Positions 48,055 to 56,431 of a stretch of DNA of 64,000 bases are shown here, one piece after another (position 1 is the stretch's first letter; the number at the start of each line of letters is the position of its first letter). Under the pieces are notes generated by a model, which was given only the letters and a program-made list of their open reading frames with translations, did not search any database and was not told the DNA's origin. Where the stretch lies: contig CANQEO010000001.1 in NCBI GenBank assembly GCA_947595215.1, positions 12,823-76,822 on the forward strand, given 5' to 3'. Origin of the DNA: an uncultured Bacilli bacterium. GTDB taxonomy: Bacteria; Bacillota_I; Bacilli_A; RFN20; CAG-449. The translations under genes and the position numbers were made by a program.

Positions 48055-49618
48055 TTTTGTAACCTCCAAATCCATAAATTGTATGATCCTCACGATATTG
48101 AGTTAACTCGCTAATCGTTATCACTTTATTACAATCAACTGAAGATAAAAGCGATGTTAATGTTTCAGAAGCATCTTTCAATGACAAAGCATAAAGATGC
48201 TCTAACGAATTTTTGTCAAATTCAACTTCAACGCCAAACTCTTCAGTTTTTGTTTTGATTAATTTCGATAATAAAATTTCCTTTTCGACATTTTCGATGT
48301 TTTTTAAGAAAATTGTTTGTAGTATTTTTAAGTGCTTAGCATTTTTGCTATCACACAAGAAGATAGGATAAACAGAACTTAAATCGATAGAGATTCCTAA
48401 TCCACTTAAAAAGAACGCTTTTCTTTCTTCGTTGTTAGCAAAACTTTTTATTGCATTGAGATAATTAGAGTTAACATCTCCATGAACAATAAAAACGTAA
48501 ATATTCGCTTTATCTTCCTCGCAACTACGAACAAGGATATTATGGCGACTTGATTCTAGATCGAACGGCTTCAATTGTGATACATCAATTTTTACAATAT
48601 TAGCATCTTTAAATCGCAAAGAAATATGATTATAATAGTCTTCTAACAAGAAAGCATCTTCATTAATAAGGCACAAAGCGTTATAGCAATTATTGTTAAA
48701 TTGCTTAGCAATTTTATTTATAATCTTATCTTGTTCATCCTTGCGCGATACCATCGATTGCCCTTGATAAACCAAAAGTTTAACTTTGTTTTTCATTAGG
48801 CATAATGGTAAGTCATTTGCAGCATCTAATACATCCTGATTTCCAAATACAATTTTGCGTTTATCCTTTTCATTGATTAATGTAGACATTAAAATACGTG
48901 CATATTTAGGTACATAAACATTAGGATTAAGTTGTTCGGATCCTATAAGTTTTTGCAATAAATATGTATTTTCGTGAAACTTGATATTTATGCCTCGATA
49001 AAAAGAATTTGCTCTTTCAAAAATATAATAGGTAGGTAAATTATTAAGAAGTGTATAAAGATGACTCAAATACTCATCGCGACTTTTTTTATTAAAGTAA
49101 AGACACATCAAAATGCTATCAACATCATTCCAATTAGCCGCTTTTTCTAGCGTTTTAAGCGATTTATCTTCATAAGTTTCAATAATCTTTAATGCTTGAA
49201 TTAATCCAAAAAGCCTTAATGAAATAATTTTATTTTTATAGGAACTTGAAACTAAAAAGTTAATCGCTTCAGATTGACTCGGTTTCAAGTTGACATTATA
49301 GCCTTCTTTGATTAATAATTTCATCGCTTGACCTTTAATTTTAATGATTTCTTCTTGTTTAGAATCAAAAGTATATTGACTACCATTAAGGTAAAATACT
49401 TCTTTAATTCTTTGATGGCGATCATAATCAATTTCAGTGGCGATATTATTAACCGCTTCAGACTTAACGATATCGTATAATTCGTCGCAAGTTTCATTTG
49501 ATAACATATACACATTCGCAAGTTCATTAAAGAGCGTTTTATTATTTTTTCCAGTCAAACACTCTACTTGGAAATAGCATCTGAGAAAATTTTCTTCCAA
49601 CATATTTAATAAATTCAT
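48047..49618 (-). CDS. 523-aa protein: unknown helical N-terminal half plus a degenerate Hsp100/Clp D2-like AAA+ module
   Basis: Start at the ATG at 49618 (GAGAGG RBS, 7 nt after the ClpP stop). The C-terminal half aligns by eye to Clp/Hsp100 D2. IVFGNQDVLDAAND resembles VIGQDEAI. LLVYQGQSMVSRKDE sits where GPTGVGKTE would be. NIYVFIVHGDVNSNYLNAIKSF sits where [23 protein letters not shown] would be. PIFLCDSKN sits at sensor-1 (IIMTSN). EEFGVEVEFDKNSLEHLYALS resembles the D2-small lid. It ends in TIYGFGGYKNV. Confidence 0.45.
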   Translation of the reverse strand: MNLLNMLEENFLRCYFQVECLTGKNNKTLFNELANVYMLSNETCDELYDIVKSEAVNNIATEIDYDRHQRIKEVFYLNGSQYTFDSKQEEIIKIKGQAMKLLIKEGYNVNLKPSQSEAINFLVSSSYKNKIISLRLFGLIQALKIIETYEDKSLKTLEKAANWNDVDSILMCLYFNKKSRDEYLSHLYTLLNNLPTYYIFERANSFYRGINIKFHENTYLLQKLIGSEQLNPNVYVPKYARILMSTLINEKDKRKIVFGNQDVLDAANDLPLCLMKNKVKLLVYQGQSMVSRKDEQDKIINKIAKQFNNNCYNALCLINEDAFLLEDYYNHISLRFKDANIVKIDVSQLKPFDLESSRHNILVRSCEEDKANIYVFIVHGDVNSNYLNAIKSFANNEERKAFFLSGLGISIDLSSVYPIFLCDSKNAKHLKILQTIFLKNIENVEKEILLSKLIKTKTEEFGVEVEFDKNSLEHLYALSLKDASETLTSLLSSVDCNKVITISELTQYREDHTIYGFGGYKNV

Positions 49619-49625
49619 AATTAAA

Positions 49626-50201
49626 TTACCTCTCTTTATCTTGTTTTTTAGATGGTATAACCATGTCAATGAGACCATATTGCAAAGCGGTATCAGCATC
49701 CATAATATTGTCTCTATCGGTATCACGTTGAATTGTTTCAATTGATTTACCAGTGTTTTGAGCCATTATTTGATTGAGCTTGTTTTTAATTTTTTGAATG
49801 TGCTCAGCGGCAATCATAATATCTGAAGCTTGACCACTCACACCACCTAAAGGTTGATGGATAAGAATCTCACAATTTTGAGTTGCTTTTCTCATTCCTT
49901 TAGTTCCCGAACAAAGTAAAAAAGCTGCCATTGAGGCTACCATTCCGATTCCAACAGTTGCAATCTTGGCTTGGATGAAATTCATGGTATCATAGATTGC
50001 TAATCCTTCATTGACACTGCCACCTGGACTATTGATTTGAATTGTAATGATTCTTTCATCCAGTGGCGCATTCTCAGTTTTAAATTTATTATCAAGATAG
50101 AGCAACTGACTGATAACTCTATATGATGTATCAACATCGATTGGTCCAAAAAGATTTATCGTGTTGTGATATAGTGAATAATTCATTGAGAACTCTTTCA
50201 T
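49626..50201 (-). CDS. ClpP-family serine protease paralog (191 aa, shortened N-terminus)
   Basis: INSPGGSVNEGLAIYDTMNFI; GMVASMAAFLL (catalytic Ser); ILIHQPLGG (His); RDTDRDNIMDADTALQYGLID (Asp). It is close to canonical ClpP over the core. It starts at MKEFSMNYSLYHNTINLFG, so the axial N-terminal loop region is missing. Strong RBS (AAAGGAGG + 6 nt). Confidence 0.88.
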   Translation of the reverse strand: MKEFSMNYSLYHNTINLFGPIDVDTSYRVISQLLYLDNKFKTENAPLDERIITIQINSPGGSVNEGLAIYDTMNFIQAKIATVGIGMVASMAAFLLCSGTKGMRKATQNCEILIHQPLGGVSGQASDIMIAAEHIQKIKNKLNQIMAQNTGKSIETIQRDTDRDNIMDADTALQYGLIDMVIPSKKQDKER

Positions 50202-50511
50202 AAATTCCTCCTTTACTATTTTGTAAGTGCCATAATTGACTTATCCCGCATGAAAGTATGATTTTCATTTCTTAAAGCAAAATGAAAAATAAAGAATCAG
50301 AATAAATAATATTTGAAATGATTATGAATATTTTACTAATTTTGGTCGCTATCCGTGAAAAACCTCATCGTGACAAAGGCACTATTGTTAGCGAAGGCAA
50401 AATATATAATTTTTGCGAATAATTTTTCGATAATTATCTCTATTTTCCGTACATAGACGCATTAAAACTATGTATAGTCAATTTCGACAATCTGTCTGGG
50501 ATAGCGGCTAA

Positions 50512-50799
50512 TTATATTTCTAGCAGATGCTCTCTTGGTGCTCCAAAGTAACCAACTATCAGTGCATTTTCATTTATACATTGGAGATGATAGGAAGTTC
50601 CCACAACAACCTTACTAGCGCTATTATCGCATTCATCCAGAGATAGTAATTGATCTTTTCCTACATCGATAGATGAAGTGCTTACTCCTAGGCAATTATT
50701 AACTATTATTTGATTATTATTTTTAGAGCATGCTAAACCATTGTTCATGTGAACAAAAATATTAACAGTTTTAACGTTAGTCATAGTTAATGTTTTCAT
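50512..50799 (-). CDS. hypothetical 95-aa protein (four Cys, no recognisable family)
   Basis: Strong RBS (AAGGAG + 6 nt + ATG) and a good promoter about 100 nt upstream. No signal peptide, TM segment or HTH was recognised. Confidence 0.5.
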   Translation of the reverse strand: MKTLTMTNVKTVNIFVHMNNGLACSKNNNQIIVNNCLGVSTSSIDVGKDQLLSLDECDNSASKVVVGTSYHLQCINENALIVGYFGAPREHLLEI

Positions 50800-50908
50800 A
50801 ACATGCTCCTTTCCAAGCCAAAGAAAAACTAAAGCAAAATTTTAATAAAGCGTGATTTTGATGTTTTGCTGAAGTCCTCTACTAACTGACCTCATTCGGC
50901 AAGATAGC

Positions 50909-50937
50909 ATTATGAACTTTAAATGCGATTAAGTCAA
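50909..50937 (-). promoter_or_regulatory. sigma-A-type promoter heading the 95-aa / ClpP-like / T4CP-like unit
   Basis: On the minus strand: TTGACT (50937-50932), a 17-nt spacer, then CATAAT (50914-50909). Confidence 0.6.
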
Positions 50938-51050
50938 TAATTTATTTCATTTTTTTACAATTCAAAGTTTCAAAAAACGCCTGATTTTAGGCATTTATAT
51001 TTTCAATATAAAAATTAGTCTTTCGACTTATTTTATTGTCAAAACTAAAA

Positions 51051-51059
51051 TGCTATAAT
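51051..51059 (+). promoter_or_regulatory. extended -10 promoter element for the 280-aa lipoprotein gene
   Basis: TGCTATAAT (TGnTATAAT) lies 26 nt upstream of the ATG at 51085. The -35 is weak. Confidence 0.4.
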
Positions 51060-51084
51060 CGCATTGGTGGTGATTAAAATTAAA

Positions 51085-51927
51085 ATGAAAAAGTTTATAG
51101 TTTTTGTTCTCTCAACTTTATTGCTATTTGGAGCTTGTAATAATCAAAATGAAAATATCTCTTTTGAATCAAGTGTTCCAGATAGCAACGAACCTTCAAG
51201 TAGCGAAGAAAATAGTGACTCCTCTAACGATATTTCTGAAGAAACTTCATCGATAGCATCTTCCGAAACTCAAGAATCAAGTGAAGAAGTTATTACTTCA
51301 GCAAAAGAAAGATATGAAATATTCATGTCATACGAAGAAGAAGAAATCGGATATTTTATTGGAACCGCAATATCAATAGAACAATATCCTTATAATGCTA
51401 ATGCCAATGTGTTTTTTATGGATGGAATATATGGATATTACGCCATTAATCTTCCCGTATCTGAAACTCCAATTGAAATCGGCATGAAATATATGATTTG
51501 TGGCTTTGTCGATATCACTCCAGAACCAGAAAGTCTCCATCGACTTAACGCGAAGAACTTTAACGCTGATAGTATCTTTCGTTTAAGTGAAGAATATCTA
51601 GATTATTGCGATGAGCCTATAATTGAAAATATCACTGAAAATATCGAAGATATTTCCATAAATAAAACTCTCGCTTCTGTAGATGTTGATGGACTTACAA
51701 TTACCGACATATCGAAACTCGGTAATGGCGGTACTTCATTATTCACAGCTAAACTAAATGAAAATACCTACTATATATATTGCAATGGAAGTCTCATTGG
51801 TGGAAACGAAATGATTAATCGCATAAAACAATTGGGAGTTGGTACAAAAATTAATCTTCGCGGAGTAATAGTTATCACTGAATTTTCATTTAGAGCAATC
51901 AATCAAAATATGATTATTCCAGTTTAA
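51085..51927 (+). CDS. lipoprotein (280 aa)
   Basis: MKKFIVFVLSTLLLFGAC has a lipobox, followed by an S/E-rich linker. The ORF-track start at 51064 is a TTG read-through. Confidence 0.75.
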   Translation: MKKFIVFVLSTLLLFGACNNQNENISFESSVPDSNEPSSSEENSDSSNDISEETSSIASSETQESSEEVITSAKERYEIFMSYEEEEIGYFIGTAISIEQYPYNANANVFFMDGIYGYYAINLPVSETPIEIGMKYMICGFVDITPEPESLHRLNAKNFNADSIFRLSEEYLDYCDEPIIENITENIEDISINKTLASVDVDGLTITDISKLGNGGTSLFTAKLNENTYYIYCNGSLIGGNEMINRIKQLGVGTKINLRGVIVITEFSFRAINQNMIIPV

Positions 51928-51932
51928 AAATC

Positions 51933-51965
51933 AAAACCCTCTTAAAAGTTTAAGAGGGTTTTTAA
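51933..51965. terminator. bidirectional terminator overlapping the 3' end of the aldo/keto reductase gene
   Basis: AAAACCCTCTTAA (51933-51945) - AAGT - TTAAGAGGGTTTT (51950-51962) forms a perfect 13-bp stem. Confidence 0.75.
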
Positions 51966-52751
51966 ATCTTCATCTTTTATTTTGAAATCAACTTTAGTAT
52001 TATCGATTATATACTTTTCATGTACTGATTTTGGCACTGAAACGGTTCCTAATTCCAAAGTAAATCTAATGCATAATTGAGGAACACTAACTCCATATTT
52101 ACGTGCCATCTCTTTTAAAAGCGGATTATCTAACAAGCGTCCGGTTCCTAATGGCGAATATGCCATGATAATAATACCGGTTTTATTGCAATATGATATA
52201 ATATCCTTTTGTAACCATCCAACATGAAGTCCAATTTGATTAACTACTGGTTTTATCGCAGCGTTATTGCTGATATTCTCCATATCAACAACATCGAAGT
52301 TTGAAACGCCAAGAGAACGAATTTTACCATCATTATAAGCTTCTTCCATTGCTTTCCAAACTTCAAGATTCTCTTTTAGATAACGTTTTTCTCCTTGAAA
52401 CATCTCGCTCCATGGTTTGGGTGCATGTATCAACATTAAATCAATATAATCAAGGTCTAATTTGCGAAGAGACTCCGCAATTGATTTTTTCGCACCATCA
52501 TACGTCTTCACTTCAGCCGGAATTTTTGTGGTGACAAAGATTTTCTCGCGTGGAATACCACTATTTTTGATGCCTTCACCGACTCCTTCTTCATTACCAT
52601 AGGCTGCGGCGGTATCTATATGGCGATAACCATTTTTTAGTGCTATAAATGTAGCGTTTTTCGCATCTTCTATACTAGATTGCCATGTACCCAAAGAAAG
52701 TTTTGGTATTTTATAACCATTTTTAAGTGTGTAAAATTCATCTAAAATCAT
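51942..52751 (-). CDS. aldo/keto reductase (2,5-diketo-D-gluconate reductase-like)
   Basis: 269 aa. LGTWQS...GYRHIDTAAAYGNEEGVG...LIHAP...GVSNF are AKR signature blocks. Confidence 0.9.
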   Translation of the reverse strand: MILDEFYTLKNGYKIPKLSLGTWQSSIEDAKNATFIALKNGYRHIDTAAAYGNEEGVGEGIKNSGIPREKIFVTTKIPAEVKTYDGAKKSIAESLRKLDLDYIDLMLIHAPKPWSEMFQGEKRYLKENLEVWKAMEEAYNDGKIRSLGVSNFDVVDMENISNNAAIKPVVNQIGLHVGWLQKDIISYCNKTGIIIMAYSPLGTGRLLDNPLLKEMARKYGVSVPQLCIRFTLELGTVSVPKSVHEKYIIDNTKVDFKIKDEDLKTLLNF

Positions 52752-52762
52752 ATCAAACTCCT

Positions 52763-55084
52763 TTATTTCATTTCCGGTATTTTCGCAAAGCTTGGTATTT
52801 CTGTAGTTCCGATATCTTGAAATATTGCACTAGCAAAAACTGAATATGTTTCATGTCTAACATTATCACTATCATATTCGATTTCAATTTCATCCAAAAC
52901 AGAAACAATTAAATTTTCATCTTTGATTTCTAAAATAACACCACAGAAACCCAAGTAACTGCTTCCTCCTAATTGCATTGCTTCGACAAATATATCGTAA
53001 ATTTCCTCATCAAGAGAAAGATATTTATCATCTTCATATGTTGCAATAGTTTCAATCATGCTAGCTTCAAAGCGATTAAAAGCATTAAAATCAGATACTT
53101 TCTCTAAAGATAGTGAAGGATGAGATGAAACTGTAAATGTCGAAGTTTCCGTTTCTTCATCAACTAACCAACCGAAATTATAGACATATTTAGACTTACT
53201 TGAGGTGATAAAACCATCTTCATAAGTACCAAAATATATCGTATCTTCAGTATAGTAATCATAATCAGTTTCATCAAAATAAATTCCATATTCAGGATCA
53301 TCTTGATAAGCGATGGTAAAATTATCTAAATCTTTCATTTTATTAATAATCTCTTTTAATTCACGATTTTCATAAGTCGGAAATGATGGCTCATCATGAG
53401 AAGATTTGTAATTATCAATTAAATTTAAAGAAGTCTCATTAATTTTCTCCAGATGTCCTGAGGTATTCGTATATCCTAAAGAATTAATAATCTCAAACTC
53501 TAAAGTTCCATCATCTTTTATGGTGACATACGCTTGCAATTGATTATATGGATTACTTCCTAAAATTAAAGACAATATTTTCATATATCGAGATGAATTC
53601 GTTACAAAACGATTATCACCTAATGGTTGAAAGTAATGAAAATCTAAGGCTTTAAAGGAATATGTTGCATCGTATTCTTCTCTTAATAACGTTTTATTTC
53701 TTGTAGGAGTTATCTCACCTTGATCAATTACGTAATTGTAAGCATAATCTTCATAAACAATATAATCGGTCGATGGGAAATTATTATAATAATCTTTATA
53801 TTCTTTACGACCACCTTCAGTTGAAATGATTCCACGAAATTCAGTTTCATCTTCTTCTAAATTTTTAACATAGGTAAAATTGGTATCTAAATCTTTAACG
53901 GCCTCAATTAATGTTTCATTTTCATAATACGTTAATGTCGGTTTAATAGTCCCATTAAGATAATCATTCAATGCAGGTAAGCCAGTTGTTCCAATATTAA
54001 ATATTTTTCCTTCGTAAACCGAACTATGATTTCTCATCAAAGAAATAAAGGCACTCCTAGTTGCAGGATCAACTTCAATTTGCACCATGTTGATTCCATC
54101 ACCTTCAACAATTAATAAATCACAAATATTTTGAACATTATAATAATCTGAAGAAACATAAGTGTTAGTAGCAACTTCCTTAAATTTAGAAAAATCGTGG
54201 CGCTTAAAAGGATAGTTTTTTTCTATAAAATCTGTACTTTCAACAATTTCAAAATCAACTGTAGCAACATTTTCTACAATATCATAATAATGAACTCCAT
54301 CTTCTAATGCGATAATTCCACTACTCGATACAATATTGCTTCCATCACCTTCAAAAGTACCTACGTAATCTTTTGTTAGCAATGTCGTTATCCCACGTTT
54401 AGTAGTAAGATTTTGTCCGATGAAGGTAAAGTTATCATTAAGAGATCCTAATACCTCTAATAAGGGATCATTTTTAAAAGTTTCGAGTTCCGGATCGATT
54501 CTAGAATCTAGATAATCAGAAACCGGTTTATAGGAAGTTTCGTTAATTCCATATATAGTTCCACTCATCACTACCCGATTATAATCATCGAAGAATCGGA
54601 AATTAAGCAGTCCATTATCCATAAATAAATCTGCCGCAACATAAGGTTTCGAGTTAGTTAAAAACGATAAAGCCTCCATAGCGATAGGATCATTTGTATG
54701 GTAAGTATCATCTTTTTCTTCTAAAACACTTGTATCGATGTCAAATGGCACATAATGAGAATCAAAATCAGCTTTAGTACCGCTATAAGGAACATGTGGA
54801 ATTACAATATCATTATGGATAGTATAAACATACATAGTTCCATCATAAAGTACAAATTGCCCCCCACCCAATTCTTCATCATAGATATAATCTTGATTTC
54901 GATAAATATGATAACGTCCATTTGAGGTAATATAATTTATTGTATAATTATCTCTAATTGATTCTAAAGTTTCGATTACTTTTGATGAAGTAGTCGATGA
55001 AATAGAATTATCTCCATTATCACTTGGATTGCAAGAAACTAATAGGGCGAGTGATATTATTAATAAAAAACCATTCTTTTTCAT
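52763..55084 (-). CDS. large lipoprotein built of four family-B-like modules (773 aa)
   Basis: MKKNGFLLIISLALLVSC has a lipobox. The helix + N-Y/F-T motif recurs about every 185 aa: LESIRDNYTINYI, LGSLNDNFTFIGQ, VKDLDTNFTYVKN, MKDLDNFTIAYQD. Confidence 0.8.
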   Translation of the reverse strand: MKKNGFLLIISLALLVSCNPSDNGDNSISSTTSSKVIETLESIRDNYTINYITSNGRYHIYRNQDYIYDEELGGGQFVLYDGTMYVYTIHNDIVIPHVPYSGTKADFDSHYVPFDIDTSVLEEKDDTYHTNDPIAMEALSFLTNSKPYVAADLFMDNGLLNFRFFDDYNRVVMSGTIYGINETSYKPVSDYLDSRIDPELETFKNDPLLEVLGSLNDNFTFIGQNLTTKRGITTLLTKDYVGTFEGDGSNIVSSSGIIALEDGVHYYDIVENVATVDFEIVESTDFIEKNYPFKRHDFSKFKEVATNTYVSSDYYNVQNICDLLIVEGDGINMVQIEVDPATRSAFISLMRNHSSVYEGKIFNIGTTGLPALNDYLNGTIKPTLTYYENETLIEAVKDLDTNFTYVKNLEEDETEFRGIISTEGGRKEYKDYYNNFPSTDYIVYEDYAYNYVIDQGEITPTRNKTLLREEYDATYSFKALDFHYFQPLGDNRFVTNSSRYMKILSLILGSNPYNQLQAYVTIKDDGTLEFEIINSLGYTNTSGHLEKINETSLNLIDNYKSSHDEPSFPTYENRELKEIINKMKDLDNFTIAYQDDPEYGIYFDETDYDYYTEDTIYFGTYEDGFITSSKSKYVYNFGWLVDEETETSTFTVSSHPSLSLEKVSDFNAFNRFEASMIETIATYEDDKYLSLDEEIYDIFVEAMQLGGSSYLGFCGVILEIKDENLIVSVLDEIEIEYDSDNVRHETYSVFASAIFQDIGTTEIPSFAKIPEMK

Positions 55085-55085
55085 A

Positions 55086-56420
55086 TTAAGCCTCCAAAAC
55101 TTCTACTTCGACGAAGAAAATTACTTCCGGTGAGAATATCATTTGACATTTAATATATGCAATACCACTACTCATAGCAACATAACCGATATTATCACTA
55201 TCTTCCATAATAACTACTTGATCAGGCGGATTTTGAATGCCGACAATGTTAAAATTCTTAGTATCTAACGATTTTTCTCCTTCATATTCCACCAAAGAAA
55301 TATAATCAGTTCTTATACGATCTCCAACATGAACATCGCCTTCGTAATTTGCAACAGTTACCGAAGTCACAAAATATTCACTCGGATTGAAATCAATATC
55401 AGACGAATTGTATTTTTCTCCACGTATCGCTTTAAAAGCATAACTTTCAGTTTTTGATACGACTGGATTCTCTACGAACGATTTAGAGGAAACATCATAT
55501 TGATTTTCATCATAATATGTCTTTTTTAAAGAACCTTCTTTAAAAAAACCATCATTATTAAATTTTAATTCCGCTTCATATAAACGAGAATCATTGCTTA
55601 CCTCATCAGCCCAAACAAAGAGATAAATATTTTTTAAATTTAAAGTAAATCCGTCATCATCTTTTTCGCCATTAATTTCAAGAGTTAAAGTTCTCGCTTC
55701 CCACATGGAAACTAATTCATTATAGAAACTAGAAATATATGAAGGACTATCTCCTCTTTTTTCAGCTTCACTGCGCAAAATATCATACGTAGAGGGATTG
55801 GCATCAACTAATTTTCTTTTAATTCCATAACCAGTCACATCACTATCAATTACTTGATAATAATAATCACCACTAATACCATCAAACTTTGTAGAATGTT
55901 CTTCATGTTTTCCTGAATAGTTTTCATATTTTTCTTCTAGTGTTTCAAGATAGAAATGATCTTTATACATTTTAGCGGAACGTTTTAAATCTTGTTTGAT
56001 ATTCGATGCTTTAGTTTCTAAATAAAACTCATTTGCATCACCTTCTAAATTAAGGGCTTGATTAAATAATTGAGTTAATTCTAATTGATTATGGGGAATA
56101 GCCATCTCATCTTTAACTTCTACTTTTAATGATGCAGTTAAAGTTGAATTTATAACAGTTGCGGTGATTTCTACTTCTCCGACTTTATATGCTATAGCTT
56201 CTCCACGCGAATTAATAGATAACACTAATTCATCGCTACTTTCAAAATTTACTTCCATTTCAGAAGAAACTTCATATTTAGCTATTTGACCAACATTTAA
56301 AGTTTCAGGACCGATAATGTTAAATTCACTTATCGAAGTATTTTCTGATCCAATATTTTGGTTATTGTTACAACTTCCTAATAATAAAACTATACTAAAT
56401 AGTACACATAATTTTTTCAT
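55086..56420 (-). CDS. lipoprotein with Big_2-like domains (444 aa)
   Basis: MKKLCVLFSIVLLLGSC has a lipobox. There is an N-terminal Ig-like segment (FNIIGPETLNVGQIAKYEV...GEVEITATV). Confidence 0.8.
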   Translation of the reverse strand: MKKLCVLFSIVLLLGSCNNNQNIGSENTSISEFNIIGPETLNVGQIAKYEVSSEMEVNFESSDELVLSINSRGEAIAYKVGEVEITATVINSTLTASLKVEVKDEMAIPHNQLELTQLFNQALNLEGDANEFYLETKASNIKQDLKRSAKMYKDHFYLETLEEKYENYSGKHEEHSTKFDGISGDYYYQVIDSDVTGYGIKRKLVDANPSTYDILRSEAEKRGDSPSYISSFYNELVSMWEARTLTLEINGEKDDDGFTLNLKNIYLFVWADEVSNDSRLYEAELKFNNDGFFKEGSLKKTYYDENQYDVSSKSFVENPVVSKTESYAFKAIRGEKYNSSDIDFNPSEYFVTSVTVANYEGDVHVGDRIRTDYISLVEYEGEKSLDTKNFNIVGIQNPPDQVVIMEDSDNIGYVAMSSGIAYIKCQMIFSPEVIFFVEVEVLEA

Positions 56421-56431
56421 AATAACCCTCC

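Noticed and set aside
49619-49741. 41-codon upstream extension of the 523-aa ORF overlapping the ClpP-like gene
   Set aside because: The extension lies inside the ClpP-like coding region in another frame. The ATG at 49618 has a GAGAGG RBS and sits 7 nt after the ClpP stop.
49626-50201. ClpP-like gene as a phage prohead (S14) protease marking a prophage
   Set aside because: No portal, capsid, terminase, integrase or other phage genes are nearby. The sequence is much closer to cellular ClpP than I would expect for prohead proteases. A degraded remnant cannot be fully excluded without searches.
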